From Candidatus Latescibacterota bacterium (GTDB lineage: Bacteria; Latescibacterota; UBA2968; GCA-2709665), in assembly GCA_965219995.1 (NCBI GenBank), contig CBDCOX010000002.1:4896001-4960000 (forward strand): DNA of 64,000 nt, read 5' to 3'. This document shows positions 37,765-46,552 of the stretch, piece by piece. The stretch's first letter is position 1, and each line of letters begins with the position of its first letter. The position numbers were made by a program, and so were the translations under genes. The notes under the pieces are model-generated. The model did no database searches. It had not been told where the DNA came from and saw only the letters and a list, made by a program, of their open reading frames with translations.

Positions 37765-37943
37765 TTGAAGGTGGGGCAGACATTCCTGTCTGCCGACATT
37801 GGTATCCCGTTACACTGCAGGAGACGTTAGCAAAGCCCGCAGCGTCATCACCTCACCATCACTCCCCCCTTAGGGGGAGTCGCAGAAGCCGAGCCGTTCC
37901 CTGAGCTTGTCGAAGGGCCGGCGACAGCTGATGCGGTGGGGGG
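37765..37943. repeat. Composite REP module: family A hairpin + family B hairpin (CTCCCCC-TT-GGGGGAG) + GAGCTTGTCGAA unit
   Basis: ggggcagacattcctgtctgcc 37773-37794; cacctcaccatcactccccccttagggggagt from 37849; ccctgagcttgtcgaaggg. Confidence 0.85.
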
Positions 37944-38071
37944 TGCTGTTGAATTCCGCGGGAAGGCAAGTTTGGAATTGCACCGATGGTGCAACGGACA
38001 TAAAAATCACCACTTGGCATTTGTATCCAATAATGATCTAACTTCAAAATAATAGGTATCTTACACGCCTT

Positions 38072-38380
38072 TCATCCCACATGGGTCAAGTTCGCTTCTC
38101 GTTCGAGAAATGACGTCAGTTCGATGTCTGCGTCCAGGTCGACAAGATCCGCAGATCGCGTGAGTTCCAGGAGCAATTTTCCCTGGAGCCTGTAGAACAT
38201 CCCTGCCGGACATCCCCTGACGGCGAAGTCAATATCGGATCGAGAGTTACTCCTCCCCTCGACAACTGACCCGAAGAGATAGACCGCTTCACATCCTCCT
38301 GCTTTCAAGATCCCTATTCCCCGGTCGATGTCTTTACGTACCGTGTCAGATATGTCTCCGATGTTTTCGTACACATCCAT
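38072..38380 (-). CDS. Minimal nucleotidyltransferase (MNT antitoxin-like), no adjacent HEPN gene
   Basis: YLFGS..SDIDFAV and DLVDL motifs; 102 aa. Confidence 0.85.
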   Translation of the reverse strand: MDVYENIGDISDTVRKDIDRGIGILKAGGCEAVYLFGSVVEGRSNSRSDIDFAVRGCPAGMFYRLQGKLLLELTRSADLVDLDADIELTSFLEREANLTHVG

Positions 38381-38573
38381 ATCCGGTTCCTTTTTCGGTC
38401 TGAATTATCACGGGAACTCAATCAATAACGGCCGCACGTCAGTCGAGTTTCATAGTGTGTATAAGGCTTGGATATAAATGTATCATCTTTGGATCAATGC
38501 CGCAATACAAATGACCTGGAAGACAGGCGTCGGTACGATGCTCGCCCACATCGATCATGCTGACGAGGGTGGT

Positions 38574-38692
38574 TTGAAGGTGGGGCAGACATTCCTGTCT
38601 GCCCACATCGATGGATTGCTCTCGATTAAAGGACACAAGAAACGCCTGCCTTGCCACCACCTCACCATCACTCCCCCCTTGAGGGGGAGTCG
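38574..38692. repeat. Composite REP module A+B, copy 2
   Basis: ttgaaggtggggcagacattcctgtctgccc 38574-38604; cacctcaccatcactccccccttgagggggagtcg 38658-38692. Confidence 0.85.
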
Positions 38693-38695
38693 TAC

Positions 38696-39073
38696 CTAAC
38701 CGTTTCGGTCCTTGTGTGCGGGCGTCACCGGGTAGTGCTCAAGCTTACCCGTGTCCCCGGATTGAATCACAAAATCCCTCCGGTCCCGGTAGAGACGGGC
38801 GCGATTGATCACGTAGTCGACTCCGGGCACAATATCGTCCCAGTGGGTCATCAGCCAATATTTGTAGCCGCCAACAAAGAGGTACGTATTCTTCGTACTG
38901 AAGAAGCGCCCGGACACACCCTCTCCCGCACGGAACCGATCTCGGATTGCATCAAGAAGCTCCCTTTGCCCGTCCTTTTCAGACAATACGTACTCGTGTG
39001 GCCACGTCTCCCGATAGGTGACCGCATCCCGCCAGGGGGCACGGTCGATAAGCTCCGTTAGACCTGTTGGCAT
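38696..39073 (-). CDS. Hypothetical protein (WRxAxTY..WPHEY..YKYWLM..INRARL pattern)
   Basis: AGGAG RBS before ATG 39073; protein-like composition with aromatic-rich motifs. Confidence 0.7.
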   Translation of the reverse strand: MPTGLTELIDRAPWRDAVTYRETWPHEYVLSEKDGQRELLDAIRDRFRAGEGVSGRFFSTKNTYLFVGGYKYWLMTHWDDIVPGVDYVINRARLYRDRRDFVIQSGDTGKLEHYPVTPAHKDRNG

Positions 39074-39198
39074 GTTTCTCCTACCCGGGTAGATTGTCGA
39101 GATACGCAATTAAAGATCGGCCTTGCTTCGAGGGAAATACCGATCGGCCGACCGCCGCGCCAACACTTCGCAATCACTGTCAAGCTGACGTAGGCGGT

Positions 39199-39229
39199 TT
39201 GAGGGTGGGGCAGACATTCCTGTCTGCCC
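39199..39229. repeat. REP family A hairpin, copy 3 of the array
   Basis: ttgagggtggggcagacattcctgtctgccc, with flanks (gctgacg..; catcgatg) shared with the 38574 copy. Confidence 0.85.
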
Positions 39230-39527
39230 GCATCGATGTTTTTCTGTCGGTGAATGGACATACGTAAAGTCTGCACCGCCGGTTTCCGCTTTCTCTACGC
39301 GTGGAAGTCGCGAACACACCTTTCAGTCGATTTCAGTTGTCCCATATTCCCTTTTTGAGGGTTCTATTTCGCAAAATGCACCAATATCCGTTGTTTTTTC
39401 TCAACTGTATGCTTGCATAGACGTCTGTGTTGGGATATCTTGTGTAAGAGACATTGAAAATTCAACCGAGGGGGCTGCAATAAACAAGGAATCTGTTGAA
39501 CCAATTTGGGGTGTTAAAGACAGAGAA

Positions 39528-39851
39528 TTGTTTATCAATATTGCAGTCTGGTTGTTTGCAATTGGTGTAATTTGTCAGTTCGTGCCGAATCCCGATAAAT
39601 TCCGATTCACGGTTACGGTACTTGAAAATATAGTAACCATAGGTCTTTTTTCCATTATTGCGGCATTTTTCTTTTTAGAGGGTAAGGATATGATCCTTGG
39701 ACAAGCGATACGACAGGGGGCACGACAGGAAACAATCAACGAGTTTGCTAAAAGAATCGACGAGCTCCGCAAGAATGGTAGAGAGACGTATGAGGAGCTT
39801 GATAATATTGTAAAGGATATGCGGGAACAGTATTCTGATAAGAAAAAGTAA
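39528..39851 (+). CDS. Low-GC small membrane protein, hypothetical
   Basis: Two TM segments plus a charged helical tail; start uncertain. Confidence 0.55.
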   Translation: MFINIAVWLFAIGVICQFVPNPDKFRFTVTVLENIVTIGLFSIIAAFFFLEGKDMILGQAIRQGARQETINEFAKRIDELRKNGRETYEELDNIVKDMREQYSDKKK

Positions 39852-39863
39852 TTCTCTTGACAG

Positions 39864-39916
39864 ATTATATCACAAAACCGGCCCGGTCATCGACCGGGCC
39901 GGTTTTGTGATATAAT
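39864..39916. terminator. Perfect 25-bp hairpin between convergent genes (bidirectional terminator candidate)
   Basis: attatatcacaaaaccggcccggtc-atc-gaccgggccggttttgtgatataat. Confidence 0.7.
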
Positions 39917-39989
39917 TCCCTTCGGCGTTGGCGTTTTAACATATGGGCAACCCTCGTGGTTGCCCGCCTTGATCCATCGAACCGGTACC

Positions 39990-42900
39990 TCACGCCACCG
40001 CCCACCCCTCCGACAGCACCTCCGCCTGTTCGATCACCGTTTGCGTGGCCTTTTCCTGTTTGTCCGGCGGATAGCCGTGCCTGCGAAGGATGCGCTTGAC
40101 AAGGCGCCGCAGGTTTGCGCGGACGTTCTCGCGCAACGTCCAGTCGATGGTGACGTTATTGCGAACCGTCTCGACGAGTTGCCGGGCGATATCCCGGAGC
40201 GTGTCGTCCCCGAGTATCTGAACCGCACTGTCGTTCGTCTCCAGCGCATCGTAGAAGGCCAGTTCGTCGTCGGAAAGCCCAAGCCGCTCGCCCCGTTCGT
40301 TGGCTTCCCGTATCTCCTTCGCCAGTTCGATCAGTTCCTCGATCACCTGCGCCGCCTCGATCGCGCGGTTCTGGTATCGCCGAAGAGTCTGCTCCAGCAT
40401 TTCGGCGAAGGAACGGGCCTGCACGACGTTCTTGCGCCGCCTGGTGGAAACCTCGCCCTTCAGTAGCTTTTGCAGGAGTTCGATGGCCAGGTTTCGGCGC
40501 TCCATGCCGCGGACCTCTGCAAGGAACTCGTCCGACAACACCGAAATGTCGGGCTTTTCGAGGCCGGCCGCGGCGAAGATATCCATCACGCCCTCCGAGG
40601 CGACGGCGCTGGAGACGATCTGCCGTACGGCAAGGTCCAGTTCCTCCTGGGTGTGCTTCTCGCCTGTGGATCGCTTGGACAGGGCCGCACGCACGGCCTG
40701 GAAAAACGCCACGTCGTCCCGGATGCGCCGCGACTCCGGATGAGGCACGGCCAGTGCGTAGGCCTGGGACAGCGCCCGCACCGCGTTCAGCCACCGGTCC
40801 TTGCCGTCTTCCTGGGCCAGCACGTGTTCCTGGGCGGCGGGAAGCAGATTCAATCGCTCCGCCGGCGTGCCGTCGGTCCACGCGGCCCAATCAAACCCGT
40901 GCAACAGGCCACAGCAGACCTCGTATTTCTCCTGCATCACCGCAACCGCTTCTTTCTGGTCCACGGCCGTATCGCCTGTGCCACCGCTCTCGGTATATGT
41001 AGCCAGAGCATGTTTCAGGTCCTGGGCGAGTCCCAGATAGTCCACCACGAGCCCGCCAGGCTTGTCCTTGAACACGCGGTTCACCCGGGCGATGGCCTGC
41101 ATCAGCCCGTGTCCCCGCATCGGTTTGTCCACGTACATCGTGTGCAGGCTGGGCGCATCGAACCCCGTCAGCCACATGTCCCGGACCAGCACAACCCGAA
41201 GGGGATCGCCGGCGTCTCTGAACCGGTTCGCAAGGGCCTCTCTTCGCGGCTTGTTGCGGATGTGCTGCTGCCATTCGGGCGGATCGGATGCGGAACCGGT
41301 CATTACGACCTTTATCGACCCCTCGTTATCGTCGCCATTGTGCCAATCGGGACGCAATCGGACCAGTTCGCGGTAGAGGTCGATGCAGATGCGGCGGCTC
41401 ATGCAGACGACCATCGCCTTTCCGTCCAGCGCTTCGAGGCGCTGCTCGAAGTGGTCCACGATATCCTCGGCGATCTGCTTGATCCGATTTTCTGCGCCGA
41501 CCACCGCCTCCAGTTGAGCCCATTTCGTCTTGAGCATTTCCCGCCGCTCCACCTCTTCGCCCTCGGTGGCTTCCTCAAAATCGGGGTCGATCTTCGGCTT
41601 CTCGCGCTCGTCGAGGGACAGTTTCGCGAGGCGGCTTTCGTAGTAGATGGGCACCGTGGCCCCGTCCTGCACGGCACGCTGGATGTCGTAGATGCTGATG
41701 TAATCGCCGAAGACAGCCCGCGTGTTGGCGTCCTGAAGTTCTATCGGTGTCCCGGTAAAGCCGACGAAGGAGGCGTTGGGCAATGCGTCTCGCATATGAC
41801 GAGCAAACCCGTCGATGAAGTCGTACTGGCTGCGATGGGCTTCATCGGCGATCACGACGATATTGCGCCGGTCCGACAATTCAGGATGGGTGTCGCCCTT
41901 CTCTTCCGGGAAGAACTTCTGGATGGTGGTAAAAACCACACCCCCGGCGTTCACCGACAGCTTGTTCCTCAAGTCAGCCCGGCTTTCCGCCTGCGTTGGC
42001 GGTTGGCGCAACAGGTCCTGGCACCGGGAGAACGTGCCGTAAAGCTGGTCGTCCAGGTCGTTTCGGTCGGTAAGCACCACAACGGTCGGATTTTTCATGG
42101 CCGATTCGCTGATGATGGCGCCGGTATAGAAAGCCATCGTCAGGCTTTTCCCCGACCCCTGAGTGTGCCACACGACACCTACCCGCCTGTCGCCAGGCTC
42201 CCCGCCGGGTTTCTGTCCGGTCTCGTACCTTCCGCTGGTGTCCACGGATCGGTCGACTTTACGGTGTAACTCCGCTGCGCGAAGCGTCTCGTCAACCGCA
42301 TACCTCACCGCGTGGAACTGGTGATAACCCGCCATCTTCTTTTCGAGCGCGCCGCTGCCGTCGTCGTCGAAAACGATGAAGTCTCGTAGGAGCGCAAGGA
42401 AACGGTTCTGTTCGAACACACCCTCCAGCATCACCTGGAGCTCGGCCAAGTGCTGGTCGGCCAGCGTTTCTCCGGCAACCGTGCGCCATGGTTTGAACCA
42501 CTCCTTCCCCGACGTCAGTGTGCCGATTCGGGCTTCCGTCCCGTCCGAGACCACGAGCATCTCATTCATGGAGAACAGGGTGGGTAGTTCGGCCTTGTAC
42601 GTCTGAAGCTGGTTCCAGGCCGTCCAGATCGTGGCGTCCTCGTCGGCCGGATTCTTCAGTTCGATGATGCCGAGGGGCAGGCCGTTGACGAGCAGCACGA
42701 TATCCGGCCTGCGGTTGTTGCTGTTCTCCGTGACAGTGAACTGATTGACCGCCAGCCAATCGTTCCTGTCGGGCCTTTCGAAGTCGATGACGCGAACCTG
42801 GTCGCCGCGCACGTTTCCGCTGGAATCTCGATATTCGACGTTGACGCCGTTTACGAGCATCCGGTGAAACGCGCGATTTCGGGCTTCCTGGGTCGATCCT

Positions 42901-43133
42901 TCGGGGCGGGTCAGCATGCGGCAGGCATCGTCCAGGGCGGACAGGGGCAGGGAGGGGTTCAATTCAGCGAGGACGCCGCGAAGCCTGTGCTCCAGGATCA
43001 CCTGTCGGTAGTCATCGCGCTCTGCGTCAGGCGTCTCCGGCGCGATATCCGGTCCGTGCAAAACCTGCCATCCGAGACCGGAGAGCCAGTCAAGAGCCGC
43101 CTGCTCGACGTCCGCTTCGGTGAGGGTGGTCAT
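39990..43133 (-). CDS. hsdR: Type I restriction endonuclease subunit R
   Basis: [21 protein letters not shown] nuclease motif, [39 protein letters not shown]; C-terminal YPPDKQ (DUF3387-type). Confidence 0.97.
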   Translation of the reverse strand: MTTLTEADVEQAALDWLSGLGWQVLHGPDIAPETPDAERDDYRQVILEHRLRGVLAELNPSLPLSALDDACRMLTRPEGSTQEARNRAFHRMLVNGVNVEYRDSSGNVRGDQVRVIDFERPDRNDWLAVNQFTVTENSNNRRPDIVLLVNGLPLGIIELKNPADEDATIWTAWNQLQTYKAELPTLFSMNEMLVVSDGTEARIGTLTSGKEWFKPWRTVAGETLADQHLAELQVMLEGVFEQNRFLALLRDFIVFDDDGSGALEKKMAGYHQFHAVRYAVDETLRAAELHRKVDRSVDTSGRYETGQKPGGEPGDRRVGVVWHTQGSGKSLTMAFYTGAIISESAMKNPTVVVLTDRNDLDDQLYGTFSRCQDLLRQPPTQAESRADLRNKLSVNAGGVVFTTIQKFFPEEKGDTHPELSDRRNIVVIADEAHRSQYDFIDGFARHMRDALPNASFVGFTGTPIELQDANTRAVFGDYISIYDIQRAVQDGATVPIYYESRLAKLSLDEREKPKIDPDFEEATEGEEVERREMLKTKWAQLEAVVGAENRIKQIAEDIVDHFEQRLEALDGKAMVVCMSRRICIDLYRELVRLRPDWHNGDDNEGSIKVVMTGSASDPPEWQQHIRNKPRREALANRFRDAGDPLRVVLVRDMWLTGFDAPSLHTMYVDKPMRGHGLMQAIARVNRVFKDKPGGLVVDYLGLAQDLKHALATYTESGGTGDTAVDQKEAVAVMQEKYEVCCGLLHGFDWAAWTDGTPAERLNLLPAAQEHVLAQEDGKDRWLNAVRALSQAYALAVPHPESRRIRDDVAFFQAVRAALSKRSTGEKHTQEELDLAVRQIVSSAVASEGVMDIFAAAGLEKPDISVLSDEFLAEVRGMERRNLAIELLQKLLKGEVSTRRRKNVVQARSFAEMLEQTLRRYQNRAIEAAQVIEELIELAKEIREANERGERLGLSDDELAFYDALETNDSAVQILGDDTLRDIARQLVETVRNNVTIDWTLRENVRANLRRLVKRILRRHGYPPDKQEKATQTVIEQAEVLSEGWAVA

Positions 43134-43140
43134 GGTTTAC

Positions 43141-43353
43141 CTATGCCAGCATCAAGCGTTCGCCCTTGGGTTCCGGGATCGGGTCGCCAGACTCCCGGGC
43201 CGTTTCCAACCACAAGTCCACGGCCTGATTGATGTTCTTCAACGCCGCCTCCTGGGTATGACCGTGGGCCGTGCATCCGGGAAGTTCGGGCACTTCCGCC
43301 ACATAGGCGCCATCTTCGTTGCTCCAATAGATGATTATCTCATATTTGTGCAT
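43141..43353 (-). CDS. HicB-family antitoxin
   Basis: KYEIIIYWSNEDGAYVAEVPELPGCTAHG..GDPIPEP. Confidence 0.88.
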   Translation of the reverse strand: MHKYEIIIYWSNEDGAYVAEVPELPGCTAHGHTQEAALKNINQAVDLWLETARESGDPIPEPKGERLMLA

Positions 43354-43424
43354 TACTCGTTTCGATTGAGATGGTGTCTCGGGACGACCACTCATGATTC
43401 TCCGTCGCAGTCTATCACCGGGAT

Positions 43425-43658
43425 TCATCGTACTCCCGTCAATGGCGCTATCCGTTCCTTAGCAAACTCGGCAGCGTAGAGCAGGGTCGCCTGCACCGCC
43501 TCGTGCGATACGGACGGGTAGTTCTTGACGATCTCCTCAACAATCAATCCTTCTGCCAGGCTGTCCAGAATGACCGTCGCCATGGCCCGCGTGCCGGTAA
43601 TGCAAGCCCTGCCGTGGCATTTCATGGGGTCTGAAGAAATGTAGTCTTGCCACCTCAT
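43425..43658 (-). CDS. DUF433 (VapB45-like) antitoxin
   Basis: ISSDPMKCHGRACITGTR..ILDSLAEG..EEIVKNYPS..ATLLYAA; AGGAGG RBS. Confidence 0.85.
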   Translation of the reverse strand: MRWQDYISSDPMKCHGRACITGTRAMATVILDSLAEGLIVEEIVKNYPSVSHEAVQATLLYAAEFAKERIAPLTGVR

Positions 43659-43684
43659 ACTAACCCTCCTTGGCATTCGGTTGT

Positions 43685-43798
43685 ATCACTCCCCCCTTGA
43701 GGGGGAGTCGCCTGACTGCGGCCGCAGGACAGGCAGGCAGAAGCCTAGCCGTTCCCTGAGCTTGTCGAAGGGCCGGCGACGGCTGATACGGTGGGAGG
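43685..43798. repeat. Composite REP module B with a nested GCCTG..CAGGCAGG unit
   Basis: Colinear with 37858-37943 except for an ~27-bp insert cctgactgcggccgcaggacaggcagg. Confidence 0.8.
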
Positions 43799-43809
43799 CG
43801 GCCAGGACG

Positions 43810-43901
43810 GACAGTCGCTGCATGCAGGTCTCCATCGCCTCAAACACCAACTCCAACACGGCGTTACGTTTCTCAAATATCTCGTAGTTCCTGAACCACA
43901 T
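43810..43901 (-). pseudogene. Possible C-terminal remnant of a DUF559 endonuclease
   Basis: WFRNYEIFEKRNAVLELV resembles the DUF559 RFWNxEIxxNxxxVLExI tail; abuts a REP module. Confidence 0.4.
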
Positions 43902-43974
43902 AGAGAGATAGCTCTCGTTCCGTCCGAAGCATTCGCGCCAACGTACGTCGCACGAGGGTCTTCACGGCGTCCGC

Positions 43975-44217
43975 TTAGATTGCCGCCGCTACCGACCGGG
44001 CATGCGTGAGGTCAGCGCCAGTAACGGGACGCGCTTGTGAGGGCAACACGGTCGCTATATCCACCGTGGCGCCATCCAGAGACATGAACTCCACCACGAA
44101 CGCTGCCTTATCGCGATGGAGGTGGATGATGGTGCCCACGTCGCCCGGTTTCAGTTCCTCCCCCTCGTCACCACGAACATCAGCGGTTAGCACGATCTGA
44201 TCGTGTTCCTTGAACAC
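43975..44217 (-). CDS. DUF4926-family protein
   Basis: KEHDQIVLTAD..LKPGDVGTIIH..AFVVEF pattern; AGGAGG RBS, GTG start. Confidence 0.8.
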   Translation of the reverse strand: MFKEHDQIVLTADVRGDEGEELKPGDVGTIIHLHRDKAAFVVEFMSLDGATVDIATVLPSQARPVTGADLTHARSVAAAI

Positions 44218-44220
44218 TTC

Positions 44221-44559
44221 TCACCTCCTGCGTGGGTGCGCGGTAATGAACCTGGGATGTACGCTCCCGGTGTCAACTTGCCAGACGGTCCTTATTACGG
44301 GATTGCGCCCGTCCGGTGTCTCTATCCTGCCGTCAACATGATAGCGCGAACCGTATGCGGTCTCCACAACTCGGGCGACCTCATGGGATGCGGCATGAAA
44401 TTTCAATGCGTCCGCAAATTCCTCCCAGCGGTCTACGCTGAACCCGAATCTAACGAAATAGTCTGCCTTGGCTCTACCACGTGGATTGACGGTCGCCAGC
44501 AGATAGTTCGTGATCTTTCCCCGTTCGATCTGCGCCTGACGCACATTGGGTAGTCTCAA
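44221..44559 (-). CDS. DUF6883-family protein
   Basis: LPN..KITNYLL..GRAKA.YF..FGF..YGSRY.VDG.I.TPDGR..RTVW..PRFITAHP pattern; directly upstream of DUF4926. Confidence 0.78.
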   Translation of the reverse strand: MRLPNVRQAQIERGKITNYLLATVNPRGRAKADYFVRFGFSVDRWEEFADALKFHAASHEVARVVETAYGSRYHVDGRIETPDGRNPVIRTVWQVDTGSVHPRFITAHPRRR

Positions 44560-44659
44560 TCGTCGCCTCTTGTCAGGCTGCTTCGCAGCAAGTTCGAATC
44601 GTCGTCGTCAATCCCAGCACTTCGGATACACCGGTTGCGGCCACGGATGAGGTCTCATC

Positions 44660-44740
44660 AAGCATCAGGGACACACCATCCGGCCCATAGGCTATGCCCC
44701 AGACGAGAACCCCTGCTCGACGTCCGCTTCGGCGAGGTCG
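44660..44740 (-). pseudogene. Degenerate remnant of an hsdR 5' end
   Basis: 44712-44737 is 25/26 identical to 43100-43125 (hsdR codons LTEADVEQ); continues as W..YGPD, similar to hsdR W..HGPD. Confidence 0.6.
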
Positions 44741-45013
44741 GTCAAGGGCTATTCTTGCAAGCGCAAGCCCATACATAATGGTATGTGGATGCGAATTACT
44801 CCCTTACTGACGCGGATTCGGATTCCTCTTGGGGGGCAAACTTACCGACCGCAATTTCGACGGTCTCTTGGATCATATCGTAAGGGACTACCTCCGCAAG
44901 CCCGGAGTTATCCTAGAACGCCATTCCTCTGCGTCCCTACGGTTTCTAACACAAACGGAGCGCCCTTACTCGTTCATTCTATAACCAAAATTACGCCAGT
45001 GAATCGAAATAGG

Positions 45014-46552
45014 TCACTCTGCGGAATCGACCAATTCATCGATCAGTTCTCGAGCTCGATCTCGCGAATTCACTGACCTAATCAAAATCTCAACTGGGAA
45101 ACGCCTTCGGACCGGTTTGGATAAATTACCGGCATGAACTTCGCAAGACAATAAACCACTAATTGTACCTGTTTCATGTTTGAAGAAAAACTCGCCGTCA
45201 AACCACATGTCTCCAATCCCATGACGCCATTGTTCACACTCGAAGCTGAAGGACTTATCGGGTTGTGTCGGTCGTTTCGGCTTGTAATAGAAAGCGTTTG
45301 GATCGCGTCTCAAATCATGAAATCTGTGTGGATTCAAAGTTGCACGATAATTGAGATGATTGTAAGGGTCAACTACACCGCGTGTGAGTTTAGCAATCTC
45401 GGATTTCGGGTCGAAATGTGGATTAGCAAAACGTGACTCCTGTACCCACTTTCCCCTTGGAGCCCGAGGTGGACATGGTAACGCCAAGCTCGTTTTCGTT
45501 TGCTTTTTCGTCGGTAAGTCGTCTTCGTTTCGGGGGGGACAGACTCGGAAATTCCCGTTAGCGACAATGTTCACAATGGTGTCAGTTCCGGGACGCGTCC
45601 CATCATTGACAATAGAGAACTTAAACGACGGATGTCCGTATTTCTGCTGCAGTTTCTCATGTAAACAAGAAAAGAACTCCTTGCATTTATCAATCCACTC
45701 GGGGTAGTCCTGGTCAGTATATTTGGAGATTTCTTCATCCGTAGAGGGAATGTAATTTTTCTTGATGCGATAAAGGCGGCTACGGACGGTAGTGTCAACT
45801 TTCACGGCCGATTCGCGAGACCCGAAGTCCGACGCAATTGGAAACAGGCTCCTCAGTGACTCAATACAGGCCGAAATCTCATCGTCTGGCATCGGATTAT
45901 ATACCGTATACTCCAAATGCAACTCCTCGACTTCTGTCCCGCTGTCGTCAACAAGACTTATTTTAAAGTTGGGTTCGCTTTGCTCAAGCTCGCGTATTCG
46001 TTCCTTGAGGTGAGAAATCCTCCTGTCTGAATCGCTGTGTTCAGGTGGAAGAAGCCATTCATCCGCGATCGGAGCGACCTTTAAGCCGTGTGACTTAGCT
46101 GTCATTATCGGCCCAGTATCATGGGTAAGCAGCCGGACGTCCGCGTCCGGATGTTCTTCTTGGAACCGAAAGACGCAACCAACGATTTCATCGTCGGGTT
46201 TGCTGTAGTCAAGGACATCTCTCAGTTTATTACTCGGTAAACTCGGACCCTCCAGGCTAAGCCTTACTTGTGGTTTCGCATCAGTGACTTGAGAGTAGCC
46301 GACATCGCTGTCAATGATTCTCCTGAATATGCGGTAGGTCTTACGGGCTCGTTTTGCGCGTCTGTCATTGCCAAGGGTCTTCCGTATATCAACTTCACGT
46401 TGAACCGGACGGCAGACCAATAGTTCGACCAAGTCGAATTCAGACCATTGCGACCAATCGAGTTGATCTAACGGACGGCATTGGATGAACAAATTCGTGT
46501 CAGGAAACAGATAGAGTACCTTATTGGACACATTTACCCCCTTCCCTGACAT
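45014..46552 (-). CDS. PIN-domain protein with coiled coil and large unknown C-terminal region
   Basis: LFPDTNLF, VQREVD, PDDEIV and LLTHDTG acidic PIN motifs; overlaps the hsdS end (alternative GTG start 46531); lower GC. Confidence 0.75.
   Translation of the reverse strand: MSGKGVNVSNKVLYLFPDTNLFIQCRPLDQLDWSQWSEFDLVELLVCRPVQREVDIRKTLGNDRRAKRARKTYRIFRRIIDSDVGYSQVTDAKPQVRLSLEGPSLPSNKLRDVLDYSKPDDEIVGCVFRFQEEHPDADVRLLTHDTGPIMTAKSHGLKVAPIADEWLLPPEHSDSDRRISHLKERIRELEQSEPNFKISLVDDSGTEVEELHLEYTVYNPMPDDEISACIESLRSLFPIASDFGSRESAVKVDTTVRSRLYRIKKNYIPSTDEEISKYTDQDYPEWIDKCKEFFSCLHEKLQQKYGHPSFKFSIVNDGTRPGTDTIVNIVANGNFRVCPPRNEDDLPTKKQTKTSLALPCPPRAPRGKWVQESRFANPHFDPKSEIAKLTRGVVDPYNHLNYRATLNPHRFHDLRRDPNAFYYKPKRPTQPDKSFSFECEQWRHGIGDMWFDGEFFFKHETGTISGLLSCEVHAGNLSKPVRRRFPVEILIRSVNSRDRARELIDELVDSAE

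Noticed and set aside
37765-39229. Classical integron attC array
   Set aside because: No IntI and no RYYYAAC..GTTRRRY boundaries; retained only as a REP-delimited array.
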